Shown here in pieces: positions 20,133 to 31,662 of a DNA stretch of 64,000 nucleotides (position 1 is its first letter; each line of letters begins with the position of its first letter). The DNA lies in the NCBI GenBank assembly GCA_963715985.1, contig CAVQSP010000004.1:32001-96000 (forward strand), written 5' to 3'. The notes under the pieces were generated by a model. The model made no database searches. It was not told the origin of the DNA and worked only from the letters and a program-made list of their open reading frames with translations. The stretch is from an uncultured Thermoleophilia bacterium (lineage in GTDB: Bacteria; Actinomycetota; Thermoleophilia; UBA2241). The translations under genes were made by a program, and so were the position numbers.

Positions 20133-21026
20133 GTGCTGAACGACGAGGTCATCATCAGCTGCGCCGTCACAGGCGCCGGCGACACGGCCGGGATACACCC
20201 CGAGCTGCCGGTCTCGCCGCGGCAAATCGCCGACGCGGCGCTCGATGCGGCCCGCGCCGGGGCGGCCGTCGCCCACATCCACGTGCGCGACCCGCAGACC
20301 GGCGCGGCGTCGCGCAAGCTGGAGTACTACCGCGAGGTCGTCGAGCGCATCCGCGCCAGCTCGGTGGACGTGATCATCAACCTCACGACCGGCATGGGCG
20401 GCGACCTCTTCGTGGACGACGCCCACCCCACCGTGGCCGCGGAGGGCAGCGACATGGTCCCGGCCCTGGAGCGCCTGGAACACGTGGAGGCGCTCCTCCC
20501 CGAGATGTGCACGCTGGACTGCGGCAGCATGAACTTCAACGACGGCGACTACGTGGCCGTGGTCACGCCCAACCAGCTGCGCACCATGGCGGCGCGCGTC
20601 AAGGAGCTGGGCGTCAAGCCCGAGCTCGAGGTCTTCGACACCGGCCAGGTGCGCCTGGCCAACAGGCTCATCGAGGAAGGCCTCATCGTGGGCACGCCGC
20701 TGTTCCAGCTCTGCCTCGGCATCCCGTACGGGGCGCCGGCCGACACGCGCTCGATGCTGGCGATGATCGACCTGCTCCCCGAGGGCGCGCAGTGGGCTGC
20801 GTTCGCGATCTCGCGGATGGAGATGCCGCTCGTCGCGCAAGCGGTGATCCTCGGCGGCAACGTGCGCGTGGGGCTGGAAGACAACCTCTACCTGCGGCGC
20901 GGGGTCTTCGCGAGCAACGCCGAGCTGGTGCAGCGCGCCGTCACCATCGTCGAGAGCCTCGGCGCGCGCCCGCTGGCGCCAGCCGAGGCGCGCCGCAAGC
21001 TAGGACTGGCGTCACCCGACGGGTGA
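20133..21026 (+). CDS. Beta-keto acid cleavage enzyme (BKACE/DUF849), CdhC-like
   Basis: [41 protein letters not shown]. Confidence 0.9.
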   Translation: MLNDEVIISCAVTGAGDTAGIHPELPVSPRQIADAALDAARAGAAVAHIHVRDPQTGAASRKLEYYREVVERIRASSVDVIINLTTGMGGDLFVDDAHPTVAAEGSDMVPALERLEHVEALLPEMCTLDCGSMNFNDGDYVAVVTPNQLRTMAARVKELGVKPELEVFDTGQVRLANRLIEEGLIVGTPLFQLCLGIPYGAPADTRSMLAMIDLLPEGAQWAAFAISRMEMPLVAQAVILGGNVRVGLEDNLYLRRGVFASNAELVQRAVTIVESLGARPLAPAEARRKLGLASPDG

Positions 21027-21037
21027 CGCCCCCCTGT

Positions 21038-21073
21038 GCGGCGGACCCCTTTTCCCCCTTGGGGGTCCGCCGC
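21038..21073 (+). terminator. GC-rich 12-bp stem-loop after the BKACE gene
   Basis: GCGGCGGACCCC...GGGGTCCGCCGC inverted repeat; no U-tract. Confidence 0.45.
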
Positions 21074-21141
21074 GCTCCCCCCGGCGCCGGTACACTGTCG
21101 CCGGACGTGCCTACGACGAGTGAGAGCAAGGAAGGTGTGAG

Positions 21142-21916
21142 ATGCAGCTGGCAGGCCTCGAGGGCGCCCGGGTGATCGTGACGGCGGGCGGCAGCGGCAT
21201 CGGCAGCGTGATCGCCGGGAGCTTCGCGGACGCCGGCGCCAGGGTGTTCACGTGCGATGTCGACCCGGCGCTGGTCGAGCGTGTGCGCGCCGGCGGCAGT
21301 GATGGGCGCCACCGCCGCCGACGTGGCCCTGGCCGACGACGTGGACCGTCTCTTCGACGAGGCGCTCGCCTATCTCGGCGGCCTGGACGTGCTCGTCAAC
21401 AACGCGGGCGTCGGGGGGCCGGTCGCCTGTGTGGAGAACGTGTCGCCGGAGGAGTGGCGGCGCACCATCGACGTCAACCTCACCGGCGCCTTTCTGTGCA
21501 CGCGCCGCGCCGCGCCGGTGCTCAAGGAGCAGCGCTCAGGGTCCATCGTCACGATGTCGTCCCACTACGGCCTGCTCGGCGGGCCCACCCGCTCGCCCTA
21601 CGTGGCCAGCAAGTGGGCCCTCATCGGTTTCACCAAGACGATCGCCATGGAGCTCGGTCCCTTCGGCGTGCGCGCCAACGCCATCTGCCCCGGCGGCGTG
21701 GAGGGCGAGCGCCTCGAGCGGGTGATGCAGCTCGAGGCCGACGAGAAAGGCATCACGTGTGAGCAGCTCCGTGAGGAGTGGGTGCGCGGCTGCTCGCTGC
21801 GCACCTTCGTCAAGCCCGAGGACGTCGCCGCGATGATCCTCTTCCTCTGCTCCGAGCAAGGTTCGCGCATCTCGGGCCAGGCGATCGGTGTGGACGGTCA
21901 CACGGAGTTCATCTGA
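21142..21916 (+). CDS. SDR oxidoreductase, frameshift near 21295
   Basis: TAGGSGIG, NNAG, YVASK; near-identical C-terminus to 56600-57376. Confidence 0.88.
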
Positions 21917-21962
21917 CCGGCCCGGTGTCGACGGGCCGGGCCCCGGGAGGAGGCCAGCACAC

Positions 21963-23186
21963 ATGAACCAGAGGGACTTCGTGGACGAGCGGCTGATGCG
22001 CGGCTTTCCGCCGCCGCCCGAGTTCCGCGTGCGCGCCGACCAGGCCTACGCCGACCCGCGGTTCACGCACTGGTACATGCAGCACGCCCGCGAGGTCAGC
22101 GGGACCGCCGACGTGTCGAGCCGCCACGGGGCCGTCGTCCCGCTCCCCGTGGACATCATGGATCTGGATGGCGTCGCGGTGAGCAGGGCAGACGGCGGGC
22201 AGTGGACTCTGGACGAGATGCTGCGCGGCACCTGTGTGGACGCGGTCGCCGTCCTGCGGCGGGGCCGGCTCGTCTACGAGCGCTACTTCAACGGCATGCG
22301 GCCCGAGACGCCGCACCTCTGCCAGTCCGTGACCAAGGCGCTGGCCTCGTGCGTGGCCGCGACCCTGGTCGAAGCGGGCAGGCTGAGCGTCGACGACGAG
22401 GTCGCGGCCATCGTGCCGACGCTGGCCGAGAGCGCGTACGGCGACGCCCGCGTGCGCCACCTCCTGGACATGTCAGTGGGCATCGAGTACGAGGACGAGT
22501 TGGACAAGCCGGAGTACGACGGTGCTCGCCTGTGCCGGCTGGAGGGGGTGCAGCCGGCGCTGGCCGACGACGAGCCCGGGTCCGCCTACGACTTCGCCAC
22601 CCAGACGCGCAAGCAGGGCGAGCACGGGGCCGTGTTCCACTACGTCTCGCTCAACACGTTCGTGCTCGGCTGGGTGATGGAGCGCGCCACGGGGACGCCG
22701 ATGCCGGACCTCCTGCGCACCCAGCTGTGGAGCAAGCTCGGCACGGAGCACGACGCCTTCGTCCTGCTCGACGGCGCCGGCAGCGCCCAGCTCGACGGCG
22801 GCTTCTCGTCCAGCCTGCGCGACCTGGCGAGGTTCGGCCTCATGCTCTGCCAGGACGGGGCCATCGGTGACACGCAGGTCGTCCCGTCCTGGTGGATCGA
22901 GGACGTGCGGCGCAACGGCGACAAGGCCGCCTTCAAGGCCGCCGCCGACACCTGGGGCGATTCGCGTTCGTACGACGGCTGCTCCTACCGCAGCTGCTTC
23001 TGGGTCTGCGAAGCCGACGACCATGTCGCCTTCAGCGGCGTCGGCTGGCTCGGCCAGCGCGTGTACGTCGCTCAGGAGACCGGGGTCGTGGTGGCGATGT
23101 TCTCGTCGCGGCCCCAGGACCGTGAAGATGAGATGGGAGCTCACGCCTTCCCGGCGTGCGAGGACCTCTCCCGCCTTCTCGCCTAG
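21963..23186 (+). CDS. Serine hydrolase (beta-lactamase/NylB-like amidase family)
   Basis: SVTK (SxxK), VRHLLDM, FHYVS, SLRDLARFG. Confidence 0.85.
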   Translation: MNQRDFVDERLMRGFPPPPEFRVRADQAYADPRFTHWYMQHAREVSGTADVSSRHGAVVPLPVDIMDLDGVAVSRADGGQWTLDEMLRGTCVDAVAVLRRGRLVYERYFNGMRPETPHLCQSVTKALASCVAATLVEAGRLSVDDEVAAIVPTLAESAYGDARVRHLLDMSVGIEYEDELDKPEYDGARLCRLEGVQPALADDEPGSAYDFATQTRKQGEHGAVFHYVSLNTFVLGWVMERATGTPMPDLLRTQLWSKLGTEHDAFVLLDGAGSAQLDGGFSSSLRDLARFGLMLCQDGAIGDTQVVPSWWIEDVRRNGDKAAFKAAADTWGDSRSYDGCSYRSCFWVCEADDHVAFSGVGWLGQRVYVAQETGVVVAMFSSRPQDREDEMGAHAFPACEDLSRLLA

Positions 23187-23233
23187 CATGGCGGCGGCGC
23201 GGGACCACCGATCGTCTGAGAGGGAGTGTCGCT

Positions 23234-24484
23234 ATGGATGACGTTGTGATCGCGGCCGCCTGCCGCACGGCCATCGGCGCGTTCGGCGGCGCTCTCAGGG
23301 ACGTCCCTCCGTACCTCCTGGCCGCCACGGTCATCCGCGAGGCCATGGCTCGCGCCGGCGTCAGTCCGGACGACGTGGACGACGTGCGCCTGGGCAGCTG
23401 CTTCGAGCCGTACCTCACCAAGAGCGTGGCCCGGTCCGCCGCCATGGAGGCCGGCATCCCGGTGACCGCGACGGCCGTGTCCATGGACCGTGTCTGTGTC
23501 TCGGCCATGGAGGCCGTGATCTCGGGCATGGCGATGATCAAGGCCGGCCTCGCGGACGTCGTCGTGGCGGGCGGCGTGGAGGTCATGTCGGGAGTGCCGT
23601 ACGCCGTCCCGACCGCCCGCTGGGGGGCGCGCCTGCAGAACCAGACCATCGACGACCAGGTGATCGAGGGGCTGTTCTGCGGCTCGCGGTATCACCCGTG
23701 CCCGCCCTGCGACGATCCCGACGCACACCCCGTCCACGCCCGTCTGCAGGGCAAGCCCTACGTGATGGGCGACACCGCCGAGCTCGTGGCCGAGAGGTAC
23801 CGCCTCTCGCGCGTGGAGCTGGATGAGGTGGCGCTGCGCAGCCACCACAACGTCGAGCGAGCCACGGAAGAGGGCGACTTCGCCGACGAGATCGTGCCGG
23901 TGGAGATCCCCCAGAAGCGCGGCAAGCCGCCGCTGGTCTTCGCCAGAGACGAGCACTTCCGCCCCGGCCTCACGATGGAGGACCTCGCGGCCCTGCGGCC
24001 GGCCTTCCTGCCGGACATCGGCGTGGTCACGGCCGGCAACTCCGCCGGCATCAACGACGGCGCCAGCGCCGTGGTCATCATGTCGGCCAAGCGGGCGAAG
24101 GAGTCGGGGGTCAAGCCCCTGGCCGCGATCAGGGCCGTCGGCTACGGCGGCTGCGAGCCCTCGCTGATGGGCATCAGCCCGGTTCCCGCGGTGCGCGCCC
24201 TCGAGCGCCGCTCCGGGCTCCGGCTGCAGGACTTCGAGCTGCTCGAGGTCCACGAGGCCTTCGCCTCGCAGTACCTCGCCTGTGAGCGCGACCTCGGTCT
24301 CGACCGCGACATCACCAACGTCAACGGCTCGGGGATCGGCCTCGGACACCCCGTGGGCTCCACCGGCTGCCGCCTGATGGTCACCCTGTTGCACGCCATG
24401 CGGCGTCGCGGCAAGACGCTGGGGCTGGCCACGCTGTGCGGCGGCGGCGGCGTGTCGATGGCCGCCGCCCTCGAGCTCGTCTGA
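23234..24484 (+). CDS. Acetyl-CoA C-acyltransferase (thiolase)
   Basis: RTAIGAFGG, RVCVS, TAGNSAGINDGA, HEAF, GHPVGSTG, CGGGG. Confidence 0.93.
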   Translation: MDDVVIAAACRTAIGAFGGALRDVPPYLLAATVIREAMARAGVSPDDVDDVRLGSCFEPYLTKSVARSAAMEAGIPVTATAVSMDRVCVSAMEAVISGMAMIKAGLADVVVAGGVEVMSGVPYAVPTARWGARLQNQTIDDQVIEGLFCGSRYHPCPPCDDPDAHPVHARLQGKPYVMGDTAELVAERYRLSRVELDEVALRSHHNVERATEEGDFADEIVPVEIPQKRGKPPLVFARDEHFRPGLTMEDLAALRPAFLPDIGVVTAGNSAGINDGASAVVIMSAKRAKESGVKPLAAIRAVGYGGCEPSLMGISPVPAVRALERRSGLRLQDFELLEVHEAFASQYLACERDLGLDRDITNVNGSGIGLGHPVGSTGCRLMVTLLHAMRRRGKTLGLATLCGGGGVSMAAALELV

Positions 24485-24515
24485 CCCGCAGCCGACGACG
24501 CACGGGAGGGTCCAC

Positions 24516-26159
24516 ATGCCGGCCAAGCTCATCGAGAGGACGTCCGAGGCCTACGGCTACCCGCTGCTGATCAAGCACCTGCTGCACGCCCCCATGGCGC
24601 ACGCGGCCGACCAGGAGATCGTCTACCGCGACCTCGTGCGCTACACGTACCGCGACTTCGCCGAGCGGGTCGCCCGGCTGGCCGCCGGGCTCGCGAGCCT
24701 CGGCGTGGAGCCGGGCCACACCGTCGGCGTGCTGGACTGGGACAGCCACCGCTACCTCGAGTGCTTCTTCGCCGTGCCCATGATGGGCGCGATCCTGCAC
24801 ACGGTGAACGTGCGCCTCTCGCCGGAGCAGATCCTCTACACCATCGATCACGCCGAGGACGACGTCCTGCTCGTCAACGCCGAGTTCCTGCCGGTACTGG
24901 AGGAGATCCGCGACCGGCTCGAGACCGTCAAGACGTTCGTCCTGCTCAGTGACCTGGAGGAGCCGCCCGAGACAGCTGTGGCGTTCGCCGCGGAGTACGA
25001 GGAGCTGCTGGCGCGGAGCCCGGCCGAGTACGAGTTCCCCGAGCTCGACGAGGACACGCACGCCACGACCTTCTACACGACCGGCACCACCGGGTTGCCC
25101 AAGGGCGTGTACTACAGCCACCGCCAGCTCGTGCTGCACACGCTGGCGGGTCTCTCGGCGATGGCCATGGCGCCGGCACAGGGCGGCTTCCACCAGGACG
25201 ACGTCTACATGCCGATCACGCCCATGTTCCACGCCCACGCCTGGGGCTACCCGTACATGGCCACGCTCATGGGCGTGAAGCAGGTCTATCCCGGCCGCTA
25301 CGAGCCGGCGACCCTGCTCGGCTTGATCGAGAGAGAGAAGGTCACGGTCTCGCACTGCGTGGCCACCATCGTCTTCATGCTGCTGCGGAGTCCCGCCATG
25401 GAGCACGCCGACCTGCGCGGCTGGAAGGTGATCATCGGCGGCGGGCCGCTGCCCAAGGCGCTCTGCAGCGAGGCCCTGGCGAAGGGCATCGACATCTACG
25501 GCGGCTACGGCCTCAGCGAGACCTGCCCGTTCATCATGAGCGCGCACCTGCCGCCGGAGCTGCCCGACTTGGACGAGGAGCGCGAGCTGGAGATCCGCTG
25601 CCGGGCCGGCCGGCCCAACCCGCTCGTGGACCTCAGGGTGGTGGATGAGGCCATGCGCGACGTCCCGCACGACGGTGTGGCCACGGGCGAGATCGTCCTG
25701 CGCGCCCCGTGGGTCACGATGGGCTACCTCAAGGACGAGCGCAACTCGGAGGCGCTGTGGGCCGGCGGGTACCTGCACACCGGCGACATCGGCTTCATCG
25801 ACGAGCTCGGCTACCTGCAGGTCTCCGACCGCATCAAGGACGTCATCAAGACGGGAGGCGAGTGGATCTCGTCGCTCGACCTCGAGAACATCATCCTGCA
25901 GCACCCCAGCGTGAGCGAGGTGGCGGTGATCGGCGTGCCCGACGACAAGTGGGGCGAGCGGCCGCTGGCTTTGGTCGTGCTCAGGGACGGGGCGCCGGAC
26001 GACGCCGAGGGCATCCGGCGCTTCGCCCTGGACTACGCCCAGAAGGGCGTCATCCCCAAGTACGGCGTGCCGGACCGGATCCTGTTCGTGCCCGAGATCG
26101 ACAAGACGAGCGTCGGAAAACTCGACAAGAAAGTGCTGCGCGACAAATACTGCGGGTGA
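24516..26159 (+). CDS. Fatty-acid--CoA ligase (AMP-forming)
   Basis: [43 protein letters not shown]. Confidence 0.93.
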   Translation: MPAKLIERTSEAYGYPLLIKHLLHAPMAHAADQEIVYRDLVRYTYRDFAERVARLAAGLASLGVEPGHTVGVLDWDSHRYLECFFAVPMMGAILHTVNVRLSPEQILYTIDHAEDDVLLVNAEFLPVLEEIRDRLETVKTFVLLSDLEEPPETAVAFAAEYEELLARSPAEYEFPELDEDTHATTFYTTGTTGLPKGVYYSHRQLVLHTLAGLSAMAMAPAQGGFHQDDVYMPITPMFHAHAWGYPYMATLMGVKQVYPGRYEPATLLGLIEREKVTVSHCVATIVFMLLRSPAMEHADLRGWKVIIGGGPLPKALCSEALAKGIDIYGGYGLSETCPFIMSAHLPPELPDLDEERELEIRCRAGRPNPLVDLRVVDEAMRDVPHDGVATGEIVLRAPWVTMGYLKDERNSEALWAGGYLHTGDIGFIDELGYLQVSDRIKDVIKTGGEWISSLDLENIILQHPSVSEVAVIGVPDDKWGERPLALVVLRDGAPDDAEGIRRFALDYAQKGVIPKYGVPDRILFVPEIDKTSVGKLDKKVLRDKYCG

Positions 26160-26262
26160 TATGCTCTGCATCCGCAACTTCTACTGAATGTGTGAGAGTC
26201 ATCAGGATATCGACCGGATACTCTGCTGACACGACGGAAAGGATTCGGGTAACTCTGTCGCC

Positions 26263-28053
26263 ATGGACACACTCTTCCTGATGGGCAACGAGGCGATCGG
26301 GTACGGCGCGGTGCGCGCCGGGGCCCGCTTCGCCTGCGCGTACCCGGGCACGCCCTCCACCGAGATCCTCGAGACGGCCGCGGGCCTCGAAGGCATCCAC
26401 GCCGAGTGGTGCGTCAACGAGAAGGTCGCGCTCGAGACCGCCGTCGGCGCCTCGCGTGCGGGCCTGCGCAGCATCGTCAGCATGAAGCACGTCGGCCTCA
26501 ACGTGGCCGCCGACCCGCTGCTCACGCTCACCGAGACCGGGGTCAACGCCGGGCTCGTCATCGTGAGCGCCGACGACCCGAGCATGGCGTCCTCGCAGAA
26601 CGAGCAGGACAGCCGCAACTACGCCAAGTTCGCCAAGATCCCCATGCTCGAGCCATCGGACAGCCAGGAGGCCTACGACTTCGTCGCCGAGGCCTTCGCC
26701 CTGTCCGAGGAGTTCGACACGCCGGTCCTGCTGCGGTCGTCGACCAAGCTCTCGCACGGGCGCGGCCAGGTGGTGCAGGGCGAGCGCATCGAGCCGCCGC
26801 AGATCGAGTACGTCAAGGACATCACCAAGCACCTCATGGTGCCGCAGTGGGCGCGCCTGCGGACGCGCTTCATCATCCAACGGCTGCAGCGCCTGCGGGA
26901 GCGCGCCGAGGAGTCGTCGCTCAACGTGCTGGAGCCCGGCACGGTGGACTTCGGCATCATCACGTCGGGCGTCGCCTACCAGTACGTGCGGGAGGCGTTC
27001 CCCGACGTGTGGGTGCTCAAGCTCGGCATGTCCTACCCGCAGCCGTACCGGAAGATCGCCGAGCTGTACGAGAAGGTCTCGCGGGTCGCCGTGGTCGAGG
27101 AGCTGGACCCGTTCATAGAGGAGACGGTACGCCTGCTCGGCCTGCCGGTGATCGGCAAGGAGGCCATCCCGGCCGACGGTGAGCTGGACCAGGACATGGT
27201 GTTCGAGGCGCTCGAGTCATACATCGAGAGCGAGGCGCCGGCGCCCCGCACCCCGGTCTTCCCGCCGGCGCCCCGCCTGCGGCCGCTGCCCGTCGACGAG
27301 GACCTCCCGGTGCGCCCGCCCGTGCTCTGCCCCGGCTGCCGGCACCGTTCGGTGTTCACCGCCCTCAAGCGGCAGAAGCTGGCGGCCATGGGCGACATCG
27401 GCTGCTACATGCTCGGCGCCGACCCGCCGCTCAACTCCCTCGACAGCTCGCTGTGCATGGGCGCCAGCATCGGCATGATGGCCGGCTTCAACGAAGCGCT
27501 CGGACGCAAGGCCTCGGCCGCGGTCATCGGCGACTCCACCTTCTTCCACTCCGGCATCACCGGCCTCATCAGCGCCTCCTACAACGGCGCCGAGGGGTTG
27601 GTGCTCATCCTCGACAACCGCACCACGGCCATGACCGGGCACCAGGGCAACCCGGGGACGGGCGTGCGGCCCGACCTCACCGAGGGCCCCGCCATCGACC
27701 TGCAATCGCTGTGCGACGGCATCGGCGTGCGCTGCACGACCATCGACGCCAAGGACTACGGCGCTATCCAGGGCGCCATCAAGACGGAGGTCACCACGCC
27801 CGGCCTTGGCGTGATCGTCGCCCAGGCCCCGTGCGCGCTGCTCGTGCGCGAGAAGTCCGGCACGGTGCTGGTGGACGACGAGCGCTGCAACCTCTGCGGG
27901 CTGTGCCTCGCCATCGGCTGCCCGGCCATCGTGCCCGAGGAGGACACCGTGAGCATCATGGACTCGTGCACGGGTTGCGGCCTGTGCGTGGAGGTGTGCA
28001 AGCGCGGCGCCCTCAGCCTCGAACGTACGCCGGTCGCGGGAGGTGTGTCGTGA
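26263..28053 (+). CDS. iorA: Indolepyruvate ferredoxin oxidoreductase alpha subunit
   Basis: MGNEAI, YPGTPSTEI, MKHVGLNVAAD, SSQNEQD, GDIGCY, GDSTFFHSG, two ferredoxin motifs. Confidence 0.95.
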   Translation: MDTLFLMGNEAIGYGAVRAGARFACAYPGTPSTEILETAAGLEGIHAEWCVNEKVALETAVGASRAGLRSIVSMKHVGLNVAADPLLTLTETGVNAGLVIVSADDPSMASSQNEQDSRNYAKFAKIPMLEPSDSQEAYDFVAEAFALSEEFDTPVLLRSSTKLSHGRGQVVQGERIEPPQIEYVKDITKHLMVPQWARLRTRFIIQRLQRLRERAEESSLNVLEPGTVDFGIITSGVAYQYVREAFPDVWVLKLGMSYPQPYRKIAELYEKVSRVAVVEELDPFIEETVRLLGLPVIGKEAIPADGELDQDMVFEALESYIESEAPAPRTPVFPPAPRLRPLPVDEDLPVRPPVLCPGCRHRSVFTALKRQKLAAMGDIGCYMLGADPPLNSLDSSLCMGASIGMMAGFNEALGRKASAAVIGDSTFFHSGITGLISASYNGAEGLVLILDNRTTAMTGHQGNPGTGVRPDLTEGPAIDLQSLCDGIGVRCTTIDAKDYGAIQGAIKTEVTTPGLGVIVAQAPCALLVREKSGTVLVDDERCNLCGLCLAIGCPAIVPEEDTVSIMDSCTGCGLCVEVCKRGALSLERTPVAGGVS

Positions 28054-28649
28054 GCGACGTGACGACGGTCTGCCTCGTCGGCGTGGGCGGCCAGGGCATC
28101 CTGCTGGCCGCCTCCATCCTCTCCGAGGCGGCCTCGGCGGACGGGTTGATGGTCAAGGCCAGCGAGATCCACGGCATGGCCCAGCGCGGCGGCAGCGTGG
28201 TCAGCACCGTGCGCTTCGGGGCCAAAGTCTTCTCGCCCGTGTCCAAGCGCGCCGACTTCGTCCTGGCGACCGAGCTCCTTGAGGGCCACCGCGGCCTGCG
28301 CCTGCTGGGCTCCGGGGGCACGCTGGTGTGCGCGGTCAGCACGCTCATCCTGCCGGGCAGCGTGCTGCGGCGCGAGGAGCAGTATCCGGAGGACCTGGCG
28401 GCGGAGGCGGCCACTCGCGGCGTACGCCTCGTGGCCGTGGACGCCGAGGGACTGGCGCGCGAGGCCGGCACGATCCGTGCCGTCAACGTCGCCCTGCTCG
28501 GCGCCGCCAGCACGGTCCTGCCCTTCGACGAGGCTTCATGGGAGCGCGGTCTGGAGCGCGCCGTCCCGGCCAAGATCCGCGCCGTGAACGAGCGCGCCTT
28601 CGCCCTCGGGCGCGAGGCGGTCGCCGGAGAGGTGACACAGACGGTGTGA
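28050..28649 (+). CDS. iorB: Indolepyruvate ferredoxin oxidoreductase beta subunit
   Basis: GVGGQG, SEIHGMAQRGGSV; GTGA overlap with iorA. Confidence 0.93.
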   Translation: MSDVTTVCLVGVGGQGILLAASILSEAASADGLMVKASEIHGMAQRGGSVVSTVRFGAKVFSPVSKRADFVLATELLEGHRGLRLLGSGGTLVCAVSTLILPGSVLRREEQYPEDLAAEAATRGVRLVAVDAEGLAREAGTIRAVNVALLGAASTVLPFDEASWERGLERAVPAKIRAVNERAFALGREAVAGEVTQTV

Positions 28650-28703
28650 GCGGCGCCTGCGTGGGGGCGCGGAGCGCGGACGTGGACTGAGGGAGGAGCC
28701 GAG

Positions 28704-29462
28704 GTGCAGATCGCGGGAGCGAGGATCCTGATCACCGGCGCGGCGCGCGGCCTGGGGCGGACGTTCGCCCTGGACCTGGCGGCGGCCGGCGCGCGAGTGG
28801 GTGTGTGCGACGTGGACCCGGCCGGTCTGGCCGAGCTGGAGAAGGAGACGGCCGGGCTTGAGCCGGCCATCTGGACGCAGACGGCCGACGTTGCCGACGA
28901 GGCGAGCGTCGAGGCCCTGTTCGCCGGGTTCGTGGAGCACGCCGGCGGCATCGACGCGGTCATCAACAACGCCGGCCTGAACCGCGACGGCCTGCTCGTG
29001 CGCAAGACCGACGAGGGCGTGCAGAAACTCTCGCTGGCCAAGTGGCAGGCCGTGATCGACGTGGACCTCACCGGCGTCTTTCTATGCTCCCGTGAGGCGG
29101 CCTGGCACATGGTGCGGCAGGGCACGGGCGGCGTGATCCTCTCGATCTCGTCGCTCTCGTGGCTGGGCAACGTCGGCCAGACCAACTACAGCGCCGCCAA
29201 AGCGGGCGTGGTCGGCATGACCCGTACGTGGGGCATGGAGCTGGCCCGGTACGGCATCCGCGCGGCGGCCATCGCGCCCGGGCTCACGGCCACGGAGATG
29301 GCCCAGGCCATGCCGGAGGAGGCGCGGCGCAAGCTCACCGACGCCATCCCCTTGCGCCGCATGGCCGACCCGGCGGAGATCGCCCTCACCGTACGGTTCG
29401 TCCTCGAGAACGACTTCATCAACGGCCGCGTGATCCCCGTGGACGGTGGCCTGAGGCTCTGA
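28704..29462 (+). CDS. SDR, FabG-like 3-oxoacyl reductase
   Basis: TGAARGLG, NNAG, GNVGQTNYSAAKAG. Confidence 0.9.
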   Translation: MQIAGARILITGAARGLGRTFALDLAAAGARVGVCDVDPAGLAELEKETAGLEPAIWTQTADVADEASVEALFAGFVEHAGGIDAVINNAGLNRDGLLVRKTDEGVQKLSLAKWQAVIDVDLTGVFLCSREAAWHMVRQGTGGVILSISSLSWLGNVGQTNYSAAKAGVVGMTRTWGMELARYGIRAAAIAPGLTATEMAQAMPEEARRKLTDAIPLRRMADPAEIALTVRFVLENDFINGRVIPVDGGLRL

Positions 29463-29547
29463 GCAGGCCCCTCGCCTGCGCGCACGAACGACACCACCGG
29501 GCGAAGCCGGAGGAGCTCTGCCCGACCGAGAGACTACGGAGGTTGAG

Positions 29548-31616
29548 ATGGGTGCGGTGAACATCGACCCGGCACGTTTCGCGCGTCTTCTGGACCCGCG
29601 TTCGATCGCCGTCTTCGGCGGGGCGCAGGCCCAGGAGGTGATCCGTCAGTGCGACCTCATGGGCTACGAGGGCGAGATCTGGCCGGTCCATCCCAAGAAG
29701 GACGAGATCATGGGCCGCGCGGTGTACCGCTCGGTCGACGAGCTGCCGGGCAGCCCCGACGCGGCCTACGTCGGGGTGAACCGCAACCTCACCATCGACA
29801 TCATCAAAGGACTCGCGGCACTCGATGCGGGCGGCGCGATCTCCTATGCCACCGGCTTCGCTGAGGCAGGTCAGGAGGGTTCCGAGCTGACGCAGCAACT
29901 CCTGGAGGCGTCGGGAGAGATGGCCCTCGTCGGGCCGAACTGCTACGGGCTCCTCAACTACGTCAGCGGGGCCATGCTGTGGCCGGACCAGCAGGGCGGC
30001 CGCCGCGTGGACAAGGGCGTCGCCATCATCACGATGTCGTCCAACGTGGGCTTCAACCTCACGATGCAGCGGCGCGGCCTCCCCATCGCCTACATGGTCT
30101 CGCTCGGTAACCGCATCAAGTTCGACCTGCACGATGCCATCAAGATCTTCGCGCAGCAGGAGCGGGTCACGGCCATCGGCCTCTACCTCGAGACGATGCC
30201 CGACCCCAAGACGTTCCAGGAGGCCGTCGACGTCGCCCGCCGGCTGGGCAAGCCGATCGTGGCCATCAAGACGGGCCGCTCGCAGGTCGCGCAGAAGGTC
30301 GTGATGTCGCACACCGCCTCGCTGGCCGGGTCCGACGTGCTCGTCAGCGCGCTGTTCGAGCGTCTCGGCGTGGCACGCGTGGACTCTCTTGAGGCGTTGA
30401 TCGAGGCGCTCAAGGTGCTGCACGTCCTCGGCCCGCTCCAGGGCGGCCGCATCGCCGCCATGAGCACGTCCGGCGGCGACCTCACGCTGGTCGCCGACGC
30501 GCTCACCGCGGGCCTGTCGCTGCCGCCGCTGTCGCCCGCGGCGACGGAACGGCTGCGCGCGGTCGTGCACGAGCGCGTGGTCCCGGCCAACCCCTTCGAC
30601 TACCAGATGTTCAGCTGGGACGACGACGACGCCAACGCCGCGATCTTCGGCGCTCTCCTGTCCGACGATTTCGACGTCGCGCTGTGCCTGCTCGACTACC
30701 CGCGGGCAGACAAGTGCGACCAGTCGACCTGGGGCGGGGCCGAGCGGGGCTTCGTGCGGGCCGCCAAAGACACGGGCACCAAGGGTGCGGTGATGGCGAC
30801 CTTCGCGGACACGATCTCGGAGCCCGTGGCCGAGCGCCTGATGGAGGACGGCGTGGCCATGCTGGCCGGCATCGACGCCGGGGTCGCGGGTGTCAAGGCG
30901 GCGGTGGACATCGGCGCCGCCTGGCGACGGCCGCCGGCGCAGCCGCTGCTCACCGACCCCGGCCGGCAGAGCGGGGGCCCGGTCAGCGTCCTGGACGAGG
31001 CCGCATCCAAGCGCCTGCTGGCCGAGGCCGGCGTGCACGTGCCGGCGTCGCGGACCGTCCGCACGGCGGCCGAGGCGGTCGCGGCCGCCGAGGAGCTGGG
31101 CTTCCCCGTGGTCGTCAAGGCGCTGGGCATCGCGCACAAGTCCGACGTGGGCGGCGTACGCCTGGATCTGCGCAGCGCGGAGGAAGTGAGCGAGGCCATG
31201 TCCATGATGTCGGGCCTCGCCGACGCCTACCTCGTGGAGAGGATGGTCGAGGGCGCGGTCGCGGAGATCATCGTGGGCGTGGCCCGGGACCCGCAGTTCG
31301 GCCCGTACCTCGTGGTCGGCGGTGGCGGGATCCTCGTGGAGCTGATGAAGGACAGCGCGTCGCTGCTGCTGCCGGTCACCAGGGAAGCACGTCCTGCAGG
31401 CCCTGGACGGGCTGCAGTGCGCGCCGCTCCTCAACTGCTTCAGGGGCTGCCCGCAGGCCGACCTCAACGCCGCCGCCGACGCGGTCCTGGCGGTCGCCGG
31501 GCCTCGTGGAGAAGGACCCTTCCGCCATCGCGGAGCTCGACATCAACCCGCTGCTGGTCCTCGAGGAGGGCCGCGGCGCGGTCGCCGCCGACGCTCTGAT
31601 CAGACTCAACGCGTGA
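29548..31616 (+). CDS. ADP-forming acyl-CoA synthetase (CoA-binding plus ATP-grasp), frameshifts near 31388 and 31500
   Basis: PRSIAV, GPNCYG, SHTASLAG phospho-His, HKSDVGGV, ELDINPL in a shifted frame. Confidence 0.88.
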
Positions 31617-31662
31617 CCCTGGAGCGAACCGCCCGGCCCGGCCGGGGAAAGGACCGCAGCAC

